The translations under genes and the position numbers were made by a program. This document shows positions 1 through 7,063 of a stretch of 12,327 nucleotides of DNA, piece by piece (positions within the stretch are counted from its first letter, which is position 1; the number at the start of each line of letters is the position of its first letter). The notes beneath the pieces are model-generated. The model was not told the DNA's origin. It saw only the letters and a program-made list of their open reading frames with translations, and made no database searches. The stretch covers positions 1-12,327 of the forward strand of contig JBBRXO010000082.1 of the NCBI GenBank assembly GCA_038248345.1, given 5' to 3'. The DNA comes from Armatimonadota bacterium (GTDB lineage: Bacteria; Armatimonadota; Hebobacteria; CAIYQO01).

Positions 1-111
1 CTACGCGGACTTTTTCTGTCCGAAGGTAGTCCGCGTAGGCGGACGACTGGCATTTTAATGCCACGCAGCCGGGATTTTAATCCCAGCGAGAAAGAGATTT
101 TGCAATAACCT
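1..111. repeat. Cluster of REP-like palindromes, probably the end of a non-autonomous element truncated by the window edge
   Basis: CTACGCGGACT (1-11) is the inverted repeat of AGTCCGCGTAG (28-38). Hairpins: GTCCGC-gtag-GCGGAC (29-44), TGGCATT-tt-AATGCCA (48-63), GGGATT-tt-AATCCC (71-84). TTTTGCAATAACCT (98-111) resembles an IS terminus, but no partner end is in the window. Confidence 0.7.
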
Positions 112-137
112 TCAGTGAGTGACTGCCAGAAATTCAT
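1..137 (-). CDS. Possible 5' end of a leftward gene (MNFWQSLTEG...) running into the repeat element; partial or disrupted
   Basis: ATG at 137-135 preceded by purine-rich AAAGGCGGGG and an extended -10 at 172-180. Hand translation is open for 45 codons to the window edge. Confidence 0.35.
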   Translation of the reverse strand, partial: MNFWQSLTEGYCKISFSLGLKSRLRGIKMPVVRLRGLPSDRKSPR

Positions 138-171
138 CTCGCCCCGCCTTTCTTCAAGTGCTCTGACGGCA

Positions 172-180
172 ATTATAGCA
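172..180 (-). promoter_or_regulatory. Extended -10 sigma70-type promoter pointing leftward
   Basis: Minus strand reads TGCTATAAT (TGn plus consensus TATAAT); no good -35. Confidence 0.55.
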
Positions 181-374
181 TTGCTGACCAAGAGCGAAGG
201 GGGGAATATGCTGACATCCGAGCACCAAAAGCGCCATTGTGGTGGTGTAAATCGGGGGCAGTGAGATGATTTTGGGGGAAAAGCAGGAAAATCATACAGC
301 GTGCAGAAATTATATGCTAGGTAAGCGGGCAGAAGTTGCCAGGGTAATTGCAGATCGGAAAGGTGGTTCCAGTT

Positions 375-1532
375 ATGTTCACGCCAGCATGTTCACTGCA
401 CCCGATGGACGTTCGGTTGCTGAAGATTTTCGTAGCCGCCGTACAAGGTGAGGCGGTGCCGGATCTACGCGAGGAGGCCGCACGAAGACGGCAGCGGGAT
501 ATCCTGTTGAATTGGTCACAACGCGTGGTGCGCGCAGCGACCTTTCTGGCGGTGGATGTGGCCCCCGAAGATTGGCGGCTCTACACCCAGTTACGTCCAT
601 TTTTCGTCACCGTAGAAGCGCCGGGGGCGATGACCACCCGGATGCACGACCTTTTTGGAGCCCATTCCTTAAGCGAGATTGTTGACCATTATCGTGAGGA
701 AGTGGCACGGTTGGATGCGGATCAGGCAGATTTTGTCATCGATACAGTACGGCATGACCAGATGCCCGAGGCGGTGATAGTGCGCCCGGCCGATGTTATC
801 GAAGAGAATATGCGTGCCTATCTGATCGCCGAGCGACATGAGCTGGAAGAGTTTTTTGCCACCAGTGATCCGGGGGCGTTACAGCTAGAAAAGGTCGGGC
901 AATGGCTGTGCTGGCGCGCTTGCCTCTTCTCCGCTAACATGCACCCCTGGTGGGTTACTCGTGGCACCAGCCTCACCGGGCTGGCAGGACGCAAAGAGTA
1001 TGACTTCCTCTCCGTGATGGCGGATCCGCGCGGCATGTTTGCCAGCATCATCAGCCGCGTCCCCGCGCTGCATGAACACCTACCTTACGCACTGACCACG
1101 ATGCACAGCACGGGCATGTGTGTCCCCCCTCATTCAACCGCGGAGGCGTTTATAAATTCGGGGGGCTGGCCTGCCGAGATACTCTCCACCGGGACAACGA
1201 CTCCTGGTGAAGTGCGTTCCCTGCGGGAGGCGCTCCACTTCGCACAGATCAACAAACATGGTCTGTGGGAAGCATCCGAGATGGCCGTGCCATTAGAGGG
1301 TATCCTGCCGATAATCGAACCAAATCAAGCGGAGACTGAAGCCTACAACCCCGCGATGAGTACCACGCCAGCGGCAGCGCACACGGAAGAAACGCAATCT
1401 TTTGCCCCTATTCACTACGATGAAGCAGGTGCCACAGAAGATGAAGCGGGTCTGGATGAACTACCGGCAGAGGCACCGGCGGATGATTCCAAAGCCCCCT
1501 TCTGGAAAAAGATGTTAAAAAAGAAAAAATGA
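375..1532 (+). CDS. Hypothetical protein (~385 aa): globular region, acidic low-complexity linker and basic/aromatic C-terminal tail
   Basis: Long ORF (track starts at TTG 348). ATG 375 preferred because GGAAAGGTGG precedes it. Ends KAPFWKKMLKKKK and is followed by a terminator. No family recognised. Confidence 0.8.
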   Translation: MFTPACSLHPMDVRLLKIFVAAVQGEAVPDLREEAARRRQRDILLNWSQRVVRAATFLAVDVAPEDWRLYTQLRPFFVTVEAPGAMTTRMHDLFGAHSLSEIVDHYREEVARLDADQADFVIDTVRHDQMPEAVIVRPADVIEENMRAYLIAERHELEEFFATSDPGALQLEKVGQWLCWRACLFSANMHPWWVTRGTSLTGLAGRKEYDFLSVMADPRGMFASIISRVPALHEHLPYALTTMHSTGMCVPPHSTAEAFINSGGWPAEILSTGTTTPGEVRSLREALHFAQINKHGLWEASEMAVPLEGILPIIEPNQAETEAYNPAMSTTPAAAHTEETQSFAPIHYDEAGATEDEAGLDELPAEAPADDSKAPFWKKMLKKKK

Positions 1533-1549
1533 TAGGTTCGATGATATCG

Positions 1550-1586
1550 AAAAAAAGCCCCGTCCATCATGGACGGGGCTTTTTTT
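1550..1586. terminator. Bidirectional intrinsic terminator
   Basis: A7-GCCCCGTCCAT-c-ATGGACGGGGC-T7 between convergent stops at 1532 and 1605. Confidence 0.93.
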
Positions 1587-1604
1587 GCCTGGTGTTGCGC
1601 GACG

Positions 1605-2603
1605 CTATTTCTTCTCGTCGAGCAGCTCTGGTTTGAAATCTTTATTCATCAGCTCGATCACTTCTTTGGTGATGTCTACGCCGCCGAGCAGGACAACGTT
1701 TTGCAAGGAATTATTCGCCACCACATCCTGGCTGATAACCATGACGAGGTTATTTTTCTGAGTTACTTTGGCGATGCAGGCTTTCTGGAATTCCTCGATT
1801 GTCTTGGAAAGCCGCTTTTCTTCGTCCTGTCCTTCTTTTTTGTATTTATTGAAGCGCTCCATGATAGTTTGCGAATTTGCGCCATCATCTTTTATCAGCG
1901 TGGCGTATTCGGCCGCATCTTCGGTGTTCAGGGGAACCGGGTAGGCGCGTTGGCGTAGTTCGTTGTAGCGTTTGCTTCGTTCGGCGCTGATCCCCTGCAA
2001 TTCTTTCAGCCGCTCTGCTGTAAGGTTGGGGGTGAGCAGGTATTCCTTGAAATCTTTCTGCGAGAGGAACTCACCTTTGGCCACATAGTCGGCGATATCT
2101 TTATTGATGCCGTACAAGCTGTTGATGCGGTTGCCTGAACTATTGAAACGATCAAGAAAGAGTTTGAAGTTGGTGGCATTATCGTAATCGATCAAGTTGA
2201 ACTCGTCGACCTCTTTCGCCGTCAATTCGGTCGGGGTTTCGCGCTCCTTCAGCTCAGCATAACGTTTGCTTTGCTTCTCGGCTTTGTCTTGTAGTTCCTT
2301 CACGCGGACGGGATTGATGACGGTACTGTTGCCCACATATTTGATATACTCCTTATATTCACTCTGGGTCAGGAATTCGCCTTTGCGGAGATTGTCGGTG
2401 ATCTCCTGCCGGACTTTATAGTAGGCGGTGATACGATCACTGGCGAGTTTGTAACCGGAGAACCCCGCCCCAACCTGCCCCAACGATACGACACCGATGT
2501 TGCAGACGGGTGCAGCTGGTGCGGTGGTCTGCGCAAAACTCGTCATCATGCTCAACACCAGCAGTGTGGTGATGAGAGCGTAGCTAAAATACTTACTGTT
2601 CAT
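1605..2603 (-). CDS. skp: Skp/OmpH-family periplasmic chaperone, elongated by an internal tandem duplication
   Basis: Signal peptide ending SFA-Q; N-terminal strand NIGVVSLGQV; long helical middle; OmpH-type C-terminus IAKVTQKNNLVMVI...VLLGGVDITKEVIELMN; AAGGAG RBS; directly downstream of bamA. Confidence 0.82.
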   Translation of the reverse strand: MNSKYFSYALITTLLVLSMMTSFAQTTAPAAPVCNIGVVSLGQVGAGFSGYKLASDRITAYYKVRQEITDNLRKGEFLTQSEYKEYIKYVGNSTVINPVRVKELQDKAEKQSKRYAELKERETPTELTAKEVDEFNLIDYDNATNFKLFLDRFNSSGNRINSLYGINKDIADYVAKGEFLSQKDFKEYLLTPNLTAERLKELQGISAERSKRYNELRQRAYPVPLNTEDAAEYATLIKDDGANSQTIMERFNKYKKEGQDEEKRLSKTIEEFQKACIAKVTQKNNLVMVISQDVVANNSLQNVVLLGGVDITKEVIELMNKDFKPELLDEKK

Positions 2604-2616
2604 TTCATGCTCCTTG

Positions 2617-2635
2617 GCACAGGCTTTGCCTGTGC
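2617..2635 (-). other. Intercistronic hairpin between bamA and skp
   Basis: GCACAGGC-ttt-GCCTGTGC, 8-bp perfect stem with no U-tract, immediately 5' of the skp RBS. Confidence 0.55.
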
Positions 2636-2646
2636 ATAGTTCTTAA

Positions 2647-4464
2647 TTAGTACGTTGCACCCATACCGAAGTGGATACGGTTTTGTCCGCTCGGGTTAAA
2701 GCCCCAGTCGAGGCGAATTGGGCCAATCGGGGAATTAAGCCGTAGCCCGATGCCATAACCAAGGCGGACGCGGGCATCGGCATCGCCAAAATTCGCGGCG
2801 AAGGAGCCGCCGAAGGCATCACCGATATCGAGGAAACCCACTCCCTGCAGCGTTTCGTTGAGCGGTACGCGCAATTCACTGTTAAATACAAACATCGCCT
2901 TACCAGGAAAACTGTCATCCGAGTAGCCGCGGATTGTATTAGTGTTGGTGCCGCCCGCGAGGAATTGGTCGAGGTAGGGCGCGTCGCCTTTAATCAAGCC
3001 CATGGTGAGGTGCGCGGCATAGACCCAGGGTTGCTTGGTTTCTGCGCGGGTCTTTCCTACCTTTCCCGGTTTTACTTTGTAATAATAGCGGCCTTCCGCC
3101 TGCACTTTGGTGAAGCTATTGCCGCCGAAGCCGGCCACTTCAATTGAGCCCATCCCATAATATCCTTTGGTGGGATTGAAGGCGCTATCGCGGACGTCGC
3201 GCACCTGTGAGTAGCCAAGGCTGCGCACATTAGTGGAGGCCTTCACCGGATCCAACAGCGGATCGGTGTTAGTGGATGATCCGTAGATATGATCAGCGCG
3301 GAAGGTGAAGTATTCGTGTGTTGTCTGATCTACCGGTTGCCCGACAGTCAGGTTCAATCCCGTGCGATGCTCATCATAGCTGAAACTACCAGCGCTATTC
3401 TTCAAATCACGGGGATTGATGATGCTGTACAAACTTACCGAACCACTGGTCTGCCGATCATTCAACCAGGGATTAGCGTAATTGAAGCGATAGCTGGTTT
3501 TCTCCCCGAATGATCCCATCAGCCCGATACTTTGATTCGACCCCAAAAAATTGGTGTCGCTGACGCTTAAATAGAGTAGCGGTTTGGCGTTACTTCCGGT
3601 AGTGATACCGCCGGATCCGGTGCCAGTCATCTGTTCGATGACATTGAACAGCAGGTTGATAGTGCCGGGCTCTTCGCCAGACACATCTTTGATCTCCACA
3701 TCCTGGAAGATACTCATGCGGCGAAGGGCGTTTAACGTCTCGATTACTTTTTTCTGGTTGTAGACCTCGCCCACTTTCATCTTCATCTCACGCTTAATTA
3801 CATAATCTTTGGTCTTGTAGTTCCCTGTGATGATGATTTTGCTGATGATACATTCAAATATCTTGAAACTCACGCGCCCGGTCAATGGATCCTGCCCGGT
3901 ATGGGTAATTCTATTCAGCGTGTAGCCATGTTCAATGAAGTATTTATCCAATGCATCAGCATCGGCGTTCATCTGTGGGAAATACATCGGCTGCCCGACT
4001 TGCGTTTTTACGAGTTTCAGCAATTCTGCCGCGTTGAAGACCGTGTTACCCTCAATATCAATGCCCGTGACTACCTGATTCTCGCTTAAATCAAAGGTCA
4101 GGCGGATGCCAGCGGCGGTATCCTCGCGAGTGACCGGGCGGGCTAGTAACCCCCAGAAATAACCGGTGTCATCAATGGCGTAGATTGCTTTGTCGATAGC
4201 GGTGTCGTCATACTTTTTGCCCTTCAGTTGGCCAACGATTGCCCGCACTTTCTGTTGTACTTCCGGGGGGGTGTTCTTCAGTCCGTTCACCACCACCTCT
4301 ACTACCAGCTCGGCTGCGGTTACCGCGGGGGGGGCGGGCGTTGTCACCAGTGGGCGGTCAGGTCCCAACGTGTCGGTGCCGGTCTGCTGAGCTTGCACCG
4401 GATGCCCGAGGGCAATGGCTCCCAGTAGTATCATCGCGAGAAGAACCTGATTAGTCTTGCGCAT
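2647..4464 (-). CDS. bamA: BamA/Omp85-family outer membrane protein assembly factor with three POTRA domains (~605 aa)
   Basis: ATG 4464 with AGGAG RBS and signal peptide (MRKTNQVLLAMILLGAIALGHPVQA-Q). Three POTRA starts (VVEVVVNG, VTGIDIEGN, ISKIIITGNYKTKDYVIKRE). Barrel motifs DTNFLG, loop-6 IRGY, GIGLRLNSPIGPIRLDWG and terminal IHFGMGATY. Confidence 0.92.
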   Translation of the reverse strand: MRKTNQVLLAMILLGAIALGHPVQAQQTGTDTLGPDRPLVTTPAPPAVTAAELVVEVVVNGLKNTPPEVQQKVRAIVGQLKGKKYDDTAIDKAIYAIDDTGYFWGLLARPVTREDTAAGIRLTFDLSENQVVTGIDIEGNTVFNAAELLKLVKTQVGQPMYFPQMNADADALDKYFIEHGYTLNRITHTGQDPLTGRVSFKIFECIISKIIITGNYKTKDYVIKREMKMKVGEVYNQKKVIETLNALRRMSIFQDVEIKDVSGEEPGTINLLFNVIEQMTGTGSGGITTGSNAKPLLYLSVSDTNFLGSNQSIGLMGSFGEKTSYRFNYANPWLNDRQTSGSVSLYSIINPRDLKNSAGSFSYDEHRTGLNLTVGQPVDQTTHEYFTFRADHIYGSSTNTDPLLDPVKASTNVRSLGYSQVRDVRDSAFNPTKGYYGMGSIEVAGFGGNSFTKVQAEGRYYYKVKPGKVGKTRAETKQPWVYAAHLTMGLIKGDAPYLDQFLAGGTNTNTIRGYSDDSFPGKAMFVFNSELRVPLNETLQGVGFLDIGDAFGGSFAANFGDADARVRLGYGIGLRLNSPIGPIRLDWGFNPSGQNRIHFGMGATY

Positions 4465-4603
4465 AGTTAATGCTCCTGATCGAGTTATATTTATCCTTAA
4501 TACCGGAATTGGTACCATGTCAGTTATTCGTGCCTTCTACCCAGCATCTAAATTATACACTATTCACCCCACTGTGGGAGAAGAGGTATGTAGGATAGAT
4601 TGT

Positions 4604-5209
4604 TTATTTCGTATCATCATTTGGATCCGGGCGCAGATGCGGCCCGAGTACCTTGCGTAAATTTCCGCGCGCGCGGAAGATGCGGCTCTTTACCGCTTCT
4701 ACGGAACTGCGGGTGATGTCGGCGATCTCCTGATAGGATAGCCCCTGTACATCACGAAGCAGGATCACCATACGCAGGTCTTCGGAGAGATTCGATATCG
4801 CTTGCTGAATCTTCTCCTGTAGCTCTTTCCCTTCGAGCATCTGCTCGGGGCAATAAGAATTATCCTCTATTTCGCGTCCCATACCTTCACCATCAATATT
4901 GATGGGGGCATCGAGCGAGATCAGTTGGAAGCGCGCCTCGCGGTCGCGTTTGCGAAAGTGGTTTTTGCACAGATTAACCGCGATACGATATAGCCAAGTG
5001 TACGCCTGTGCCTCACCACGAAATCTATCATAGGCACGCAGGGCGTGTAAGAATGTCTGTGCCGTCAGGTCAGTGGCATCATCAAAATCTCCCACCTGTC
5101 GGTAAACGAGATTAAATATCGCCTTTTCATACCTTTCGTAAAGGGCTTCGAAGGACGTTGGCGTCGCTGCCGTGCTCTCTGAATTCGCGTGCAACCGGGT
5201 ATCGGCCAT
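4604..5209 (-). CDS. ECF-subfamily RNA polymerase sigma factor (RpoE/SigW-like)
   Basis: 201 aa. Region 2: FEALYERY...DATDLTAQTF...FRGEAQAYTWLYRIAVNLCKN. Region 4: LLRDVQGLSYQEIADI...VKSRIFRAR. Confidence 0.95.
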   Translation of the reverse strand: MADTRLHANSESTAATPTSFEALYERYEKAIFNLVYRQVGDFDDATDLTAQTFLHALRAYDRFRGEAQAYTWLYRIAVNLCKNHFRKRDREARFQLISLDAPINIDGEGMGREIEDNSYCPEQMLEGKELQEKIQQAISNLSEDLRMVILLRDVQGLSYQEIADITRSSVEAVKSRIFRARGNLRKVLGPHLRPDPNDDTK

Positions 5210-5303
5210 TTATACGTCCTGCCCACTCCATCTGTCGCAACTGGTATTAATCCCGGCTAATAAACCATTTCGGCATGTAAAGTGGGGATGTGACTTTTTT
5301 TAT

Positions 5304-5332
5304 AGTGTAGCAGTTTTACGGTGGGTTTACAA
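5304..5332 (-). promoter_or_regulatory. Sigma70-type promoter for the ECF sigma gene (and possibly bamA-skp)
   Basis: Minus strand TTGTAA (5332-5327), 17-nt spacer ending TGC, TACACT (5309-5304). Confidence 0.6.
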
Positions 5333-5355
5333 GGAGAAATTTAGGCCCGATAACC

Positions 5356-6939
5356 TTAATCGTCCTCGGAGCGCTTCTCCGGGAACGCACTGAAGAGACG
5401 GTAGGTATTTTTACCATGATGTTTGGCGCGGTACATGGCGGTATCGGCATGACGCATCAGCTCCTCCACCGTATTTCCGTCATAGGGGGCAACGGCGACG
5501 CCGATGCTAGCGGTAATTTTGCGTACATGAGCACCGAGGGTGAATTTTTGGATGAAAGCATCGAGGAATCTCCGGGCGGCGATGTCGATATCCTCGGCGC
5601 TGGTGACCCCCGAGAGGATGATGACGAACTCATCTCCGCCCAGACGCGCCACCGTGTCGCTGGTACGTACACCATCATCAAGGCGGCTAGCTACCTGGCG
5701 GAGCATTTCATCACCCACGCTATGGCCGAGTTTGTCGTTGATGTTTTTGAAACCATCCAGATCGAGAAACATCACTGCCGTAGCGCTGCCTATACGTTGC
5801 CCCACCGCCAGTGCCTGTTCCAGCCGATCCATAAAGAGTGCGCGATTGGGTAACCCGGTGAGGTGATCAAAGAAGGCCAGCGTCTGTAGCCGCTCTTTAA
5901 GAGTATTCCTTTCGGTATCATCCCGAATCACAATGAGACGCCCCGGGCTTTGATATTCTAACTTGCGAAACAGGATGACACGAATATCGTAGATAGTGTG
6001 GGTGGGAGTATCGATCCTGATACTATAGTTGTGTTCTGCGGCATCTGCGGGCAGCGGGGCCGCTAAATGCTCCCATTCGGGGGCAATTTCGGTGATCTTC
6101 TTCCCCGTAGCGGTATGTTCCTCATAGCCAATGAACTTCTCCGCAGCCGGATTCATGCTTAATATCCGTAGCTGATAATCAAGCACCACTATGCCATCGG
6201 TGAGGTTTTCCACAATCATGTCGTAGGCAACTGGTACCATATCCCAATAATGGTAGCGTCGCATACCCCAAACCACCAGCGCCCCGGTGATACAGAAAGC
6301 CAGTGGGGTAAGATCCAGATATTGCGTGGGGCCCAGGCGAAAAATATACAAAGCATTGAACACCAGCGGAACCAGGGCGGCCACGAAGATAACCGAGAAC
6401 TGCTTGCGATAAAATGGGGTAGAGGAAAACATCGCCTGTGTACAGAGGACGAGAGCTGCAAAACACAAGCCATAACTGTAAAAAGCAAAGAGATAGAACC
6501 ACGGCCCATAGCTGAGGTTAAGCAAGGGCATATCTAATGACATTTCCAATTGTGTTGCGGTGTAAAAAAGATGGTGGTATTCATTCGTCCAGTTCATCAA
6601 CACAGTGAGGGTAGGGATGATGCAAATGAGGAAGACATTGCGCCGCGTGAGCAACTCCTCATGACCAACATATACCATACTCATCATGAACCATAATGGT
6701 GTACAGAAGGTGATGAACGGATACTCCAGCTTTATCCAGAAGAGTTTCTCCGTCACCGAATGTACTGCGTACTCCCCCATTGAGGTGAACGACCAGAACG
6801 CGACCGCAAACAAAAGTAGCGCAGTAACAACCGCCCCCCGTGCTGGCCGCTGCTGCAAGGCGATAAATGCAGTAATGAACGCACTCAACCCCGCAACAAG
6901 CATAGAGATATGATACCATGTGTGCAAGTGTAACAGCAT
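5356..6939 (-). CDS. Membrane diguanylate cyclase: HisKA_7TM-like N-terminal domain, PAS, GGDEF
   Basis: About seven hydrophobic segments with RxxGA, FWIKLEY, TNEYHHLFY, YGPWF and DLTP motifs. PAS: DGIVVLD...MNPAAE. Catalytic domain: DHLTGLPNR, FLDLDGFKNINDKLGH, RTSD-TVARL-GGDEF, ASIG, ADTAMYRAK. Confidence 0.95.
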   Translation of the reverse strand: MLLHLHTWYHISMLVAGLSAFITAFIALQQRPARGAVVTALLLFAVAFWSFTSMGEYAVHSVTEKLFWIKLEYPFITFCTPLWFMMSMVYVGHEELLTRRNVFLICIIPTLTVLMNWTNEYHHLFYTATQLEMSLDMPLLNLSYGPWFYLFAFYSYGLCFAALVLCTQAMFSSTPFYRKQFSVIFVAALVPLVFNALYIFRLGPTQYLDLTPLAFCITGALVVWGMRRYHYWDMVPVAYDMIVENLTDGIVVLDYQLRILSMNPAAEKFIGYEEHTATGKKITEIAPEWEHLAAPLPADAAEHNYSIRIDTPTHTIYDIRVILFRKLEYQSPGRLIVIRDDTERNTLKERLQTLAFFDHLTGLPNRALFMDRLEQALAVGQRIGSATAVMFLDLDGFKNINDKLGHSVGDEMLRQVASRLDDGVRTSDTVARLGGDEFVIILSGVTSAEDIDIAARRFLDAFIQKFTLGAHVRKITASIGVAVAPYDGNTVEELMRHADTAMYRAKHHGKNTYRLFSAFPEKRSEDD

Positions 6940-7063
6940 ATCGATATCCTTAACCTTAATGATACCACAAAAAAATTATAAAATACTGTTGAATCGTGAA
7001 AAACTGGTACAAACGCCGGTAACTATTGCAATAATTATCCGCATTATGGGAGAATGAATACAT
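6940..7063. promoter_or_regulatory. AT-rich divergent promoter region shared by the DGC and LOG-family genes
   Basis: 124-bp AT-rich gap between divergent starts; minus-strand TATAAT and TGGTATCAT candidates; palindrome TATTGCAATA at 7024-7033. Confidence 0.5.

Noticed and set aside
1569..1958. 129-aa hydrophobic plus-strand ORF
   Set aside because: Starts within the terminator and is antisense to the Lys/Glu-rich skp, which explains its Phe/Leu richness.
4465..4518. Longer BamA start (MVPIPVLR...)
   Set aside because: The AGGAG RBS and a clean signal peptide fit ATG 4464.
5416..6913. Small ORFs overlapping the diguanylate cyclase
   Set aside because: Shadows of a conserved gene with no independent signals.
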